Positions 48,358-58,633 of a DNA stretch of 64,000 bases are shown one piece after another. The notes under the pieces were generated by a model. That model had not been told where the DNA came from, did no database searches, and was given only the letters and a program-made list of their open reading frames with translations. The stretch comes from an uncultured Gemmatimonadaceae bacterium (GTDB taxonomy: Bacteria; Gemmatimonadota; Gemmatimonadetes; Gemmatimonadales; Gemmatimonadaceae). Position numbers and translations under genes: made by a program. The stretch's first letter is position 1. Every line of letters begins with the position of its first letter. Location of the stretch: contig CAVXGK010000002.1 of NCBI GenBank assembly GCA_963761305.1, positions 3,104,001 through 3,168,000 of the forward strand, written 5' to 3'.

Positions 48358-49241
48358 GTTCGGATCGTCGTTTGGGCCGCGGCCTCGAGGCGTTGATTTC
48401 ATCGGCGACATCCTCCGCCCAGTCTACCAGTGAACTGCAGAGAATCCCGTTATCGCGGGTGCGTCCCAATCCGTTTCAGCCGAGGCGGGAATTTGATCCG
48501 ACGGAAATGGGAGAATTGGAAGCGTCGCTACGGGCCAGTGGCCTGTTGCAGCCGATCAGCGTTCGCCGCCATGGCGACACCTTCGAGCTGATTGCCGGCG
48601 AGCGTCGCGTGCGCGCCGCCACGAACCTCGGCTGGACTGAGATTTCCGCGCTTGTTCGGGATTTCGACGATCGGACCATGCTCGTTCTCGCGCTGGTTGA
48701 GAATCTCCAGCGGACGAATCTGAATCCGCTAGAAGAGGCGCGGGGATATCGTCGCTTGATCGATGAGTTTCATCTCACGCACCAACAGGTCGCGGAGTCG
48801 GTGGGGAAGGACCGCACGACGATCACCAATCTGCTGCGGATTCTCGGATTGCCCGAGACGGTGCAGCGAATGGTGGAAGACGGGCGACTCTCGAGTGGCC
48901 ACGCGAGAGCGCTTCTGGCGCTGGCGGACGCAGGCCAGGCGGAGGAGGTTGCCAGTCTCGCGGCCGGGCGTGGGCTCAGCGTTCGCGAGATCGAGGCGTT
49001 GGTCCGCGAGCGGACAGCGGGTTCTGAGCGACACACGCCGAAGTCACGGCCGGCCGCCGAGGCCGATGGGCAGTCTAACGCCGCCGCCAGGAGTATCGAG
49101 GACGAACTGAGGCGATATCTCCAAACCGACGTGCGTGTCCGGCTTTCCGGCCCGGCGAAGGGCACGATCGAGGTGACGTTTTACTCGAACGAGGATCTTG
49201 ACCGCCTACTCGGCATGATTGTGAGAGGAGAGCGCTTCTAA
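48354..49241 (+). CDS. parB: chromosome partitioning protein
   Basis: LGRGLEAL, PNPFQPR, LIAGERR, ENLQR, GHARALL. Confidence 0.97.
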   Translation: MSSDRRLGRGLEALISSATSSAQSTSELQRIPLSRVRPNPFQPRREFDPTEMGELEASLRASGLLQPISVRRHGDTFELIAGERRVRAATNLGWTEISALVRDFDDRTMLVLALVENLQRTNLNPLEEARGYRRLIDEFHLTHQQVAESVGKDRTTITNLLRILGLPETVQRMVEDGRLSSGHARALLALADAGQAEEVASLAAGRGLSVREIEALVRERTAGSERHTPKSRPAAEADGQSNAAARSIEDELRRYLQTDVRVRLSGPAKGTIEVTFYSNEDLDRLLGMIVRGERF

Positions 49242-49393
49242 ACGCCAAATATCGCGACACTAACAGGCCATTTGAGGATCTCTATAAGGCCACTTGTTCT
49301 GGAGCTGTAGCGAGCCTAGCGAGACCAGGCCGGCGCAGGAATCCACGCTTGTGAACACCGTCGTAAGTCTATTAAACAAAAGGGATTGATCGC

Positions 49394-50422
49394 TTGAGCG
49401 AATCTCTACTTCGCCAGTTGTCCACCCTCGTCGCGCTTACGCCAGTTCTGGCAGTGATCGCCTGCAGCGACCACCAGAATCGGTCCGGCAACGATACATC
49501 GGCCGCTCCATTCAGGGTCGCGCTCCTGACGCCGGGCCCAGTCTCCGACCAGTCCTGGAACTCGGGCGCCTACCGCGGCCTGCTTCAGATTCGCGATTCC
49601 CTCGGCGCGCGGATCAGCAACATCGAAACGAAGACGCCGGCGGAGTTCGACGAGAATTTCCGCCAATACGGGAGCCAGGGCTACAACCTCGTCTTCGGCC
49701 ACGGCTTCGAGTTTCAGGACGCCGCCCGTCGAGTCGCACCAGAATTTCCTCATACGATTTTCGTAACGACATCGGGCAGCACGGCCGGGCCCAATCTCGC
49801 CGGGCTGACCTTCGGATTCGCTGACGCCTCCTACCTGGCCGGGGTCCTCGCCGGTGCGATGACGAGATCGAATGCTGTTGGTGTGATCGGCGGAACCGCG
49901 CTGCCTCCGGTCGTGGAGAGCTTTCATGCGTTCGAGCGCGGCGCGCACGACGTGAATCCGCGCATCCGCGTCGTCACGGCTTACATCGGCAACTGGGATG
50001 ACGTGAGCGCCGGCAAGGAGCAGGCGCTCGCCCAGTTCTCGCGCGGTGTCGACGTCGTCTTTCAAAACGCCGACGCGGCTGGGCTCGGCGTGTTTCAGGC
50101 GGCCCGGGAGCGCGGCTCCGTCTTCGTCATCGGCTCCAACTCGGACCAGAACGGCGTCGCGCCGGAAATCACACTCGGAAGCGTGGTCATCGATCTGCCG
50201 CTCGCTTTTCTCACCGTCGCGCGTGAGGTCAAGGCGGGGACGTTCAAACCGCGGGTGGTCGAGCTCGGCGAGGCGAGCCAGGTCGTGAAGCTCGTGCTCA
50301 ATCCGGGGTTGCAATCGAGAATTCCCCCGGCGACGCGGCAGCGGATCGACTCGCTGCAGACGATGATGCTCGCCGGCAAGCTCACAATCTCGGCCGACTC
50401 GACGCACACGCCCAACCCATGA
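49394..50422 (+). CDS. BMP-family ABC substrate-binding lipoprotein (nucleoside-type)
   Basis: lipobox VIAC, DQSWN, HGFEF, YLAG, YIGNWDD; TTG start uncertain. Confidence 0.9.
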   Translation: MSESLLRQLSTLVALTPVLAVIACSDHQNRSGNDTSAAPFRVALLTPGPVSDQSWNSGAYRGLLQIRDSLGARISNIETKTPAEFDENFRQYGSQGYNLVFGHGFEFQDAARRVAPEFPHTIFVTTSGSTAGPNLAGLTFGFADASYLAGVLAGAMTRSNAVGVIGGTALPPVVESFHAFERGAHDVNPRIRVVTAYIGNWDDVSAGKEQALAQFSRGVDVVFQNADAAGLGVFQAARERGSVFVIGSNSDQNGVAPEITLGSVVIDLPLAFLTVAREVKAGTFKPRVVELGEASQVVKLVLNPGLQSRIPPATRQRIDSLQTMMLAGKLTISADSTHTPNP

Positions 50423-51207
50423 CCGCGAGCCGCGCGGTTTCACTGAGCACGATCGCCGAGTTTCTCGACTCGACGCTCGACATCGCCGCGATTCCCGACT
50501 ATCCCAACGCGCTCAACGGCATCCAGCTGGCGAACGTCGGTCCGATCGAACGAATTGCGACGGCCGTCGATTTCTCGACCGCAACCGTTCGCGAGACCAT
50601 CGCGCTGGGCGCGAAGCTGCTCGTCGTCCACCACGGAATGTTCTGGGGCGGGACGCAACCGATCACGGGGCATCGGTACGAACGACTCCGCGCACTATTC
50701 GCGAACGACGTCGCCGTGTACTCGGCGCATCTCCCACTGGACGTCCATGCGCGATTCGGCAACAACGCGCTCCTCGCCAGTCGTTTGGGCCTCACACCGA
50801 CCGGTGGGTTTACGCGGTACCAGACGATCGAGGTGGGCGTGAGCGGCGTCGATGAAATTCCAACCCAGGTGTTGGCCGATCGCGCCGGTGAAATGGCGCG
50901 GGAGTTCCGTGGCTCGCTGGTCGCCACGCCGTTCGATTCCGCGAGGGTCACTCGGCGTTGGGGGATCTGCACGGGCTCCGGCGCGGATTCGTCGAGCTTG
51001 CGCGAGGCCACGAGCCGCGGTCTCGACACGCTGATCGTCGGCGAAGGGCCGCATCACACGGCCATCGAGGCGACCGAGCTCGGAATCGTCGTCATCTATG
51101 CGGGTCACTACGCGACCGAGACGCTCGGCGTGCGCGCGCTGGGCGACGCGACGGCAGCGCACTTCGGGCTGTCGTCGACGTTCGTCGACGTCCCGAGCGG
51201 ACTGTGA
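50419..51207 (+). CDS. Nif3/YbgI dinuclear-metal hexameric protein
   Basis: NGIQ, AVD, VHHG.FW, HLPLD.H..GNN, GE..HH, GHYATE. Confidence 0.93.
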   Translation: MTASRAVSLSTIAEFLDSTLDIAAIPDYPNALNGIQLANVGPIERIATAVDFSTATVRETIALGAKLLVVHHGMFWGGTQPITGHRYERLRALFANDVAVYSAHLPLDVHARFGNNALLASRLGLTPTGGFTRYQTIEVGVSGVDEIPTQVLADRAGEMAREFRGSLVATPFDSARVTRRWGICTGSGADSSSLREATSRGLDTLIVGEGPHHTAIEATELGIVVIYAGHYATETLGVRALGDATAAHFGLSSTFVDVPSGL

Positions 51208-52691
51208 CGGACGGCGAGGGCCACGCTCCGGGCAAGGCAGTGATGTTGGAGCTGACGGGCGTCTCGAAGCGATTCGGCGCGACGCAGGCGCTGCGAGACG
51301 TTTCGATTCGAGTGCGCCAGGGAACCGTCCACGCGTTGCTGGGAGAAAACGGAGCGGGGAAGTCGACGCTGGTCGGTGCGGCGTTCGGGCTTATCGCCGC
51401 CGACTCGGGCACCGTCGTTGGTGGGTCGCCGGGCCGCCCGATCTCATCGCCGGCCGAGGCCATGGCGGCCGGCATCGGAATGGTGCATCAGCATTTTACG
51501 AATGTTCCGGCGATGACCGTGGCTGAAAACGTCGCCCTCGGCGGGCGGGGCTCATTTCGCGCCGAGCGCGCCGCGGCGACGGTTCTCGAGATCGGAAGGC
51601 GCACAGGCCTCGCGCTCGATCCGTGGGCTACGGCCGGAACACTTCCGGTCGGTGGGCAGCAACGTCTCGAAATCGTCAAAGCACTCGCACGCAGCGCCAC
51701 CACGCTTCTGCTGGACGAGCCGACGGCGGTCCTCGCGCCGACCGAGGCGGCCGAATTGCTGACGTGGCTGCGCACCTTCGCGAACAGTGGCGGCAGCGTC
51801 GTGCTCATCACCCACCGGTTGCGCGAAGCACTTTCGATCGCGGACGACGTCACGGTGCTGCGCCGCGGATCCGTGGTACTCAGCGAGCCCGTCACGTCGG
51901 TCAATGAGCGGTCTCTCGCCGGCGCGTTGCTCGGCGAAGAAGTGCCGTCCGAAGTGATCGCGGCGCGAACGATCGAGAGCGATTCGGGCTCTCCGGCGGA
52001 TGTGGCGAGCGCTCCGATCGCGCGGCTGACGAAGGTCTCCGTGAAAGACGACCGCGGCGTGGTCGTCGTGCGCGAGGTGACCCTCGCGGTGCACGCCGGC
52101 GAAATACTCGGCATCGCCGCCGTCGAGGGGTCTGGCCAGCACGCGTTGCTGCGTGTGCTGGCCGCGCGGACTAGCGCGACGAGCGGTGCGGTCGAGCTGC
52201 CTTCGACGATCGGGTTCGTGCCCGAAGACCGGCAACGCGACGGGCTCGTCCTGGATTTCTCGCTCACCGAGAATCTGGCGTTGCGCGGAGCGGGCCAACG
52301 GGCCGGACGAATTCGATGGAATGCGGAGCGGCACTCCGCTGACGAGACACTCCGCGCCTTCGATGTTCGCGCGCGCGACGCGTCCGAACGCGCGCGCGTG
52401 TTGTCGGGCGGCAATCAGCAGAAACTCGTGCTCGCGCGAGAGCTCTCCGACGCGCCGGCGCTCGTCGTCGCGGAGAATCCGACGCGCGGGTTGGACATTC
52501 GGGCTACCCAGCACGTGCATTCGCGCCTTCGTCGCGCGGCGTCGACCGGCGCCACCGTTGTGGTGCACTCGAGCGATCTGGACGAAGTGCTCGCCCTGTC
52601 GAATCGAGTGGTCGTCATGCACCGGGGCGAACTGCGCGCGGTCGCGGGCGATCGTGAGGCGGTCGGTCGCGCGATGCTCGGCGTCGCGTGA
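51204..52691 (+). CDS. nucleoside/sugar ABC transporter ATPase (tandem NBD)
   Basis: GENGAGKST, GIGMVHQHF, DEPTAVL, LSGGNQQK, PTRGLD; start 51204 or 51243. Confidence 0.92.
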   Translation: MTDGEGHAPGKAVMLELTGVSKRFGATQALRDVSIRVRQGTVHALLGENGAGKSTLVGAAFGLIAADSGTVVGGSPGRPISSPAEAMAAGIGMVHQHFTNVPAMTVAENVALGGRGSFRAERAAATVLEIGRRTGLALDPWATAGTLPVGGQQRLEIVKALARSATTLLLDEPTAVLAPTEAAELLTWLRTFANSGGSVVLITHRLREALSIADDVTVLRRGSVVLSEPVTSVNERSLAGALLGEEVPSEVIAARTIESDSGSPADVASAPIARLTKVSVKDDRGVVVVREVTLAVHAGEILGIAAVEGSGQHALLRVLAARTSATSGAVELPSTIGFVPEDRQRDGLVLDFSLTENLALRGAGQRAGRIRWNAERHSADETLRAFDVRARDASERARVLSGGNQQKLVLARELSDAPALVVAENPTRGLDIRATQHVHSRLRRAASTGATVVVHSSDLDEVLALSNRVVVMHRGELRAVAGDREAVGRAMLGVA

Positions 52692-53911
52692 CGACCACTG
52701 CGCTCGACGGTGTTCCGCGAGACACCGACACGCGCCGATGGCGCGCCCTCACGCTCCTCGCGTGTGCCGAGTTGCTCGGCATGTCGCTCTGGTTCGCGGG
52801 AAGCGCAGTGGCGCCGCAGCTCGCCGTCCGGTGGAGCTTGTCGCCGAACGAAACGGCCTGGCTCACGACGAGCGTGCAGCTTGGCTTCGTGTGCGGCACC
52901 GCGATCGCGGCGCTGCTCAATCTCGCCGACGTCGTCCCGTCGAAACGATACTTCGCGGTCGCCGCGATGCTCGGCGCTCTGGCCAATGCGGGTGTGGTGG
53001 TGAGCGGCGGTTTCGCCGTCGCATTGGTGATGCGCGTCGGCACGGGGATGGCCCTCGCCGGCGTGTATCCGCCAGCAATGAAAATGGCGGCGACCTGGTT
53101 TCGTTCGCGACGCGGTTTGGCCATCGGCACCGTCGTCGGCGCGCTCACCGTGGGGAAAGCGACGCCGTATCTGGTTCACGCGATTCCGGACGTCGGACCG
53201 GCGGTCGTCGTCCTCACCGCCTCGGCGTGCGCGCTCGTCGCGGCCGCGCTCGTGGGCGCTCTGTATACGGAAGGGCCGTATCCGTTTCCCCCTCGTCCCT
53301 TCTCGTGGAGCTTGGTGCGAACCGTGTTCGACCGGCGTGAGTGGCGGCTGGCGACCGGCGGCTACCTGGGCCACATGTTCGAGCTGTATTCGTTTTGGAC
53401 GTGGATACCCGCATTCATCAGCGCGAGTATCGTCGCGGAGCGCGGCTCGGTGTCGCCCGAGCTCGCGTCGCTGATCGCGTTCGGCACGATCGCCGTCGGC
53501 GGACTCGGATGCGTGTGGGGCGGACTGGAAGCGGACGCGCGTGGTCGCGAGCGATTGGTGGTGATCGCGATGGCGTTGAGCGGAAGCTGTGCGCTGCTCA
53601 CGCCCGTGGTATTCGGGCGCTCGCTCGGAGTATTGGCGCCGCTCGCTCTCGCATGGGGATTCTTCGTAATCGCCGATTCGGCGCAGTTCAGCACTCTCGT
53701 GACCGAAGCCGTGCCGCCGCACGCCGTCGGTACCGCGCTCACGGTGCAGACGTCGCTCGGTTTCTTGCTGACGATAGTCTCCATTCAGCTCGTGCCACCG
53801 ATCGTCGCGGCGGTTGGCTGGCGCTGGGCGTTTCCGATGCTCGCGCTGGGTCCGGCGGCCGGTATCGCGGCGATTCGACGACTCGCGGGCGTGCATCACC
53901 GCGCCTCATGA
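52688..53911 (+). CDS. MFS transporter
   Basis: about 12 TM; VQLGF, YPPAMK, GHMFELY, DSAQFS. Confidence 0.9.
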   Translation: MTTTALDGVPRDTDTRRWRALTLLACAELLGMSLWFAGSAVAPQLAVRWSLSPNETAWLTTSVQLGFVCGTAIAALLNLADVVPSKRYFAVAAMLGALANAGVVVSGGFAVALVMRVGTGMALAGVYPPAMKMAATWFRSRRGLAIGTVVGALTVGKATPYLVHAIPDVGPAVVVLTASACALVAAALVGALYTEGPYPFPPRPFSWSLVRTVFDRREWRLATGGYLGHMFELYSFWTWIPAFISASIVAERGSVSPELASLIAFGTIAVGGLGCVWGGLEADARGRERLVVIAMALSGSCALLTPVVFGRSLGVLAPLALAWGFFVIADSAQFSTLVTEAVPPHAVGTALTVQTSLGFLLTIVSIQLVPPIVAAVGWRWAFPMLALGPAAGIAAIRRLAGVHHRAS

Positions 53912-53924
53912 CGCCAGCCTGCTG

Positions 53925-54980
53925 ATGGGCTCAAGGGGACGCGACGCGGCGGGAGCACGATGGCTCGCGCTCGGGTTGGTGATGGCGATCGTCGCTGGAA
54001 CGACCATCACACTCGTCGCACTTGGGTTCGACGTGAGACGAGCGGCGCGCGCGCTGGCCGGCGGATCGTTTGGATCGTGGTACGCACTCGGATCGGGAAC
54101 GCTCGTCCGGGCGACGCCACTCATTCTGACCGGCCTCGCGGTCGCGCTCGCGTTTCAGGCGGGTGTGTTCAACATCGGCGCCGAAGGCCAGTTCCTGACC
54201 GGCGCGGCGGCTGCGAGCGCGGTCGCCCTGTCGGCATCGGGAGCACCGAGATGGGTGCTGCTGCCGGCGCTCCTGCTCGCGGGAAGCGCCGCGGGCGCGG
54301 CGTGGGCGTGGATCGCGGCGGAGCTACGCGCTCGATTTCAGGTCTTGGAAGTCATCAGCACGCTCATGCTGAATTTCGTCGCGGCCTATCTCGTTTCGTA
54401 CCTGGTGCGTGGTCCGCTGCAGGAGCCGACGCACATCTACCCGCAGACCGAAACGTTCGTGCTTGCCGCGCAACTGCCGCGTTTCGGACAGAGCACGCGG
54501 CTCCATGCGGGATTTGCGATCGCGTGCGCGGCGTGCGCGATTTGCTGGTGGGTCCTGCGATACACCGCCGCCGGTTTTCGGGTGCGAGTCGCCGGCGCGA
54601 ATCCGGACGCGGCACGATCGGCAGGTCGAATCGACGTCCGTGGCGTAACGACGCGTGCGTTCGTGGTGAGCGGCGCGTTGGCCGGTCTGGCGGGAGCGGT
54701 CGAAGTGTCGGGCGTCACGTACGCCCTCTACGAAAACATTTCGCCGGGATTCGGCTACACGGCGATCGCCGTGGCGTTGCTGGCGCGTCTGGACGCGCTC
54801 GCAGTGCTCGGCACGGGCATTCTGTTCGGCGCGCTGGAAGCCGGAGCGACGGCGATGCAGCGCGACGCGGGCGTCCCATCCGTCGTGGTCTCGGTTGTCG
54901 AGGCGAGCGTCATCCTCATCCTCATCGCCGCCGACCGGGCGCGGATCGCGCGCGCCACGACGGGAGCCGCCGCAACGTGA
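53925..54980 (+). CDS. nucleoside ABC permease
   Basis: ATPLILTGL, FNIGAEGQ, EVISTLMLNF, GYTAIAVALL. Confidence 0.9.
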   Translation: MGSRGRDAAGARWLALGLVMAIVAGTTITLVALGFDVRRAARALAGGSFGSWYALGSGTLVRATPLILTGLAVALAFQAGVFNIGAEGQFLTGAAAASAVALSASGAPRWVLLPALLLAGSAAGAAWAWIAAELRARFQVLEVISTLMLNFVAAYLVSYLVRGPLQEPTHIYPQTETFVLAAQLPRFGQSTRLHAGFAIACAACAICWWVLRYTAAGFRVRVAGANPDAARSAGRIDVRGVTTRAFVVSGALAGLAGAVEVSGVTYALYENISPGFGYTAIAVALLARLDALAVLGTGILFGALEAGATAMQRDAGVPSVVVSVVEASVILILIAADRARIARATTGAAAT

Positions 54981-55891
54981 TCTCCGTCGGCGGCGCATTC
55001 CTCGCATCCGCCGTCCGCACGGCGACGCCCCTGGCGTTGGCCGCGCTCGGCGAGTTGGTCGTCGAGCGCGCCGGCGTGATCAACATCAGTCTCGAGGGCG
55101 TCGTGCTCGCGGGCGCATTCGGCGCGTTGGCGGGAGCGACGCACGGCGGCGTGGCGGGTGGGTTCGCGGCCGCCGTCGCGTGCGGCATTCTGACGGCGGC
55201 GGTGTTCTCGGTGTTCGCCGTGGGATTGCGCGCCGATCAGATCATCACGGGAACGGCGGTCACGCTGCTGGCGTTCGGCGCGACCGGCACGCTGTATCGT
55301 GCGTTCTACGGGGCGCAGGGCGCGGCGTTGTCGATTCCGACGGTTGGGCCCGTGGCCATTCCGTTGCTCTCGCGGATCCCGGCGCTCGGACCCGGCTTGT
55401 TCGACCAGCCCGCCGTCACATATGTCGTGTATCTACTCATTCCAGTTCTCTGGTGGTGGATGTATCGGCGTGCGGCGGGGTTGTCGCTCCGCGCGATCGG
55501 CGAGTCGCCGGCGGCCGCCCGTGCAGCCGGGATCGCGGTCGACCGCGTTCGTTCGCTGGCCGTTCTATTCGGCGGAGCGGCCGGCGGGCTCGCCGGGGCG
55601 ACGCTGGTGCTGGCGCAGGCCGGCACGTTCGCCGAAGGCATGTCAGCCGGACGCGGATTCGTGGCGATCGCCATCGTCGTGCTCGGCCGATGGCACCCGG
55701 GCGGCGTGGCGTTGGCGTCGCTCGTCTTCGGCGCGGCGAGCGCGTTGCAGTTTCTCGTCCAGTCGCTCGGCCTCGCGATCCCCTATCAGTTCGCGCTCGC
55801 GTTGCCGTACGTGCTGACGCTGGTGGCGCTCGCCGGCGTGGCCGGTCGCGTCGGCGCGCCGGCGGCGCTGGCGCGCATCGACGAGGGCTGA
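54977..55891 (+). CDS. nucleoside ABC permease
   Basis: ATPLALAALGE..ERAGVINISLEG, GRGFVAIA, LPYVLT. Confidence 0.9.
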   Translation: MISVGGAFLASAVRTATPLALAALGELVVERAGVINISLEGVVLAGAFGALAGATHGGVAGGFAAAVACGILTAAVFSVFAVGLRADQIITGTAVTLLAFGATGTLYRAFYGAQGAALSIPTVGPVAIPLLSRIPALGPGLFDQPAVTYVVYLLIPVLWWWMYRRAAGLSLRAIGESPAAARAAGIAVDRVRSLAVLFGGAAGGLAGATLVLAQAGTFAEGMSAGRGFVAIAIVVLGRWHPGGVALASLVFGAASALQFLVQSLGLAIPYQFALALPYVLTLVALAGVAGRVGAPAALARIDEG

Positions 55892-55901
55892 GGGACGACC
55901 G

Positions 55902-56801
55902 TCAGCAGTGGCGGCGCCTGCTCGTCCAGCGCACGCGCCAACGCCCGTCGGCTCCGCGCTCGACCACGCTATACGCGTTCTCGTCGCCGAAATCGCGAGA
56001 GAGAACGATGGCCGGAGTTCTGGCGTCACCGATCAAGAGCGCGGCGAGCAGCTCGCGACTCTCGATCGTTTCCTCCTGGCCGTACGAACGCTCCGCGTAT
56101 CCCATGGTGAGCGTCGTGTCGGCAGCGTGATGCTCGCCGATGACGAGCGTGCGTTCCTGCAGCGGCGTGGCTTCCTGATTGATCTGGCGTACGAGCGATC
56201 CGACGACGACGGCCGGCCCGTCGGCGACGTTGAAGCGCCAGAGGGTCTGAACCACGAAGGGCAGACCGGCGAATCGTCCGGCGGAATCGTTGGGGAGACC
56301 GGAGGCAAGGCGTGTGAGCGACGCGACGAGCGTCAGTGAGTCCGCGTGCGAGACGGACAGCGCGGAGTCGACCGACAGCGGCGCGACCACGCCGCCGATG
56401 AAACCCACGCTCCATGGGTGGGGCGGTGGCGCCGCGGTGAGCGGCGCGACGAGGCAGCCGGCGCTGTCGTGCGCGCTCGGCAGTTCCGCAGTCTGTACGT
56501 CGCCACCGCGGCCCAGGAGTGTGACCGACGCGGGGTGCGGGATGGTCGCGAGGGCCGCGGTGTCACCCTCGGTCGGCAAAATGACGAGCGCCCGCGTTGG
56601 CGAATCGGTCGCGACGAGCAGCGCGGCGCCTGCACCGGGATCCCACGTCGACGCCGCTCTCGCGGCGGCGGAATCGGGGCGCGACGCGGACGGCGCGTGG
56701 GTGGTATCTCCACCCGCGATCGGCTTGTCGCGCCGACAGGCGAGTACGGCGACGATCCCCCAAACCGACACGGCGGCGGACAAGCGGCGGAACCACTTCA
56801 T
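55902..56801 (-). CDS. hypothetical lipoprotein
   Basis: MKWFRR..VAVLAC lipobox; fills the gap. Confidence 0.7.
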   Translation of the reverse strand: MKWFRRLSAAVSVWGIVAVLACRRDKPIAGGDTTHAPSASRPDSAAARAASTWDPGAGAALLVATDSPTRALVILPTEGDTAALATIPHPASVTLLGRGGDVQTAELPSAHDSAGCLVAPLTAAPPPHPWSVGFIGGVVAPLSVDSALSVSHADSLTLVASLTRLASGLPNDSAGRFAGLPFVVQTLWRFNVADGPAVVVGSLVRQINQEATPLQERTLVIGEHHAADTTLTMGYAERSYGQEETIESRELLAALLIGDARTPAIVLSRDFGDENAYSVVERGADGRWRVRWTSRRRHC

Positions 56802-56945
56802 TCGTCTTAATTTGGACCCGCTCGAGCCCGCGTCAACGGTGGCGATCGCTACGTCAGCCAACGTATCGCCCTCGAACCCCTCGCCGCGTAGTGTCCAATC
56901 GGCCGGCAGCGCCGGCCTCCATTTCGGACAAGAGGTTCTCGCCGA

Positions 56946-58343
56946 GTGATTTATGCGTTGATGCGCGCTGTCGCCGGTCTCGCGCTGCGCTGGTTTTACC
57001 GCAGCATCGACGTAGCTGGCGTCGAACGAATTCCGGCGCGGCGGCCGTTGCTGCTGGTGGTGAATCATCCGAACGCGTTGGTCGACGCGCTCATCGTCGC
57101 CTGGATCGTTCCGCGACGCGTCTTGATCACCGCAAAGGCGACCATCTTCGAACACCCGCTCGCGAACTCGTTGTTGCGGTGGGTCGGTGTCGTGCCGCTC
57201 CGACGCGCAAGCGACGAGCGCGCGTCGGGAGCCCCGGGGCTCGATGCGGCGCGCAATCGCTCGACGTTTCGCGCCGTACAGGCGGCGCTCCAGCGCGGGG
57301 GAACCGTCTTGATCTTCCCGGAGGGCCGCTCGACCGACGCGCCTTCGCTGGGCCCGCTCAAGACCGGCGCCGCGCGCATGGCGCTCATGGCGCGCGAGTC
57401 GGGCGACGTGCCGGGGCTCGCCATCGTCCCGATCGGGTTGACCTTCGAGCGCAAACAGTCGCCGAGGACTCGCGTGTTCGCACAGGTGGGCGAGCCGATC
57501 GTCGTGGACGATTGGCGGCCGACGGCCGGCGTGCCCGACGCGGATGCGTTGACCGCTGAAATCGAAACGCGCCTGCGCGCGCTGACGCTCAACTACGCGA
57601 CGATTGACGACGCGGCGCGCGCCGTACGACTCGCGTCTGCCGTCGCGGCGGTGCTCGATGGACCGCCCTCGATCGGATCGGGTGAACGTCGCCTGGGCGT
57701 CGAGGCCGCGATTGCGAAGCGCGTCGACGTGCTCACGGCCCGGCTTCCCGACGCGTCGCCGACGGTACGCGAGCAATCGGAGCGAGTCGTCGCACGACTC
57801 GACGAGTTGCAGCGAGAGGTGTCGGAGCGCGGCCTTCGGATCGAAGACGTCGACATCAAGGTCGACGGACTGTCAGGCGCGCGCTTCGTCGTGCGCGAAG
57901 GGTGGATTCTTCTTCTCGGCGGGCCGGTCGCGATGTGGGGCGCCGTCAACCATTGGCTGCCGTTCTGGGCCGCGCGCTCGATCGCGGTCCGGCGCGGTGG
58001 CGACAACGCCGACCCAGCGATGCGCGCGGTGGTGGCCGGCAGCGTGTTCGTGTTGATCACGTACGCCGCCCAGTCGCTCCTCGTCGATCGCGTGTGGGGC
58101 TGGCGTGTAGCCCTGTTGTATCTCGCGAGTCTCCCGATCGCCGCCGACATTAACTTCTCGATTCGCGAGCGTCTGTCACGCGCGCGCCGGCGCGCGACGG
58201 CGTTTTTGGTCTTTCGGCGCGAGCCCGCGTTACGCGATCGGCTGACGAACGCCTTGGCCTCGCTGCGCGAGGACGTGCTCACGCTCGACCGCGAGCTCGG
58301 CGGAATCGATGGGCCGTCCGACGCGCTCAGCGCGCCGGCGTAG
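56946..58343 (+). CDS. PlsC-family lysophospholipid acyltransferase with C-terminal TMs
   Basis: NHPNALVD, IFPEG, LKTGAAR. Confidence 0.9.
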   Translation: MIYALMRAVAGLALRWFYRSIDVAGVERIPARRPLLLVVNHPNALVDALIVAWIVPRRVLITAKATIFEHPLANSLLRWVGVVPLRRASDERASGAPGLDAARNRSTFRAVQAALQRGGTVLIFPEGRSTDAPSLGPLKTGAARMALMARESGDVPGLAIVPIGLTFERKQSPRTRVFAQVGEPIVVDDWRPTAGVPDADALTAEIETRLRALTLNYATIDDAARAVRLASAVAAVLDGPPSIGSGERRLGVEAAIAKRVDVLTARLPDASPTVREQSERVVARLDELQREVSERGLRIEDVDIKVDGLSGARFVVREGWILLLGGPVAMWGAVNHWLPFWAARSIAVRRGGDNADPAMRAVVAGSVFVLITYAAQSLLVDRVWGWRVALLYLASLPIAADINFSIRERLSRARRRATAFLVFRREPALRDRLTNALASLREDVLTLDRELGGIDGPSDALSAPA

Positions 58344-58620
58344 CTGGCGGCGGAAGGTAGGGGCCACCGAGGTCCCAGTGCCACGCGTCGCGCCGCACCC
58401 CGGTGCGCGGATCCTTGAGCGGTTTGAACTGAAGACGTCCGGCATCGATTCCGACGGCGGCGCCATACTCGAGAAGCAGCGCACGATTCGTCGAGACGAG
58501 ATGCGCCATGCGACGACCTCGCCACAGGTGGCGGTGGAGCCAGAGGCCGCCATCCATGGCGAAAATCATCCCTTCACGTCGCTTGTCGAATTCGCGGTAC
58601 CGCGGGGGAACGCGCGTCAC
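58327..58620 (-). CDS. small protein, DUF4031-like
   Basis: MAHLVS..L..G..Q..HWDL pattern; GGAG RBS. Confidence 0.6.
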   Translation of the reverse strand: MTRVPPRYREFDKRREGMIFAMDGGLWLHRHLWRGRRMAHLVSTNRALLLEYGAAVGIDAGRLQFKPLKDPRTGVRRDAWHWDLGGPYLPPPATPAR

Positions 58621-58633
58621 GCGCGCGCTCCCG

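Noticed and set aside
49242..49393. AT-rich gap after parB as possible oriC
   Set aside because: No convincing TTATCCACA DnaA boxes and no dnaA/dnaN in the window
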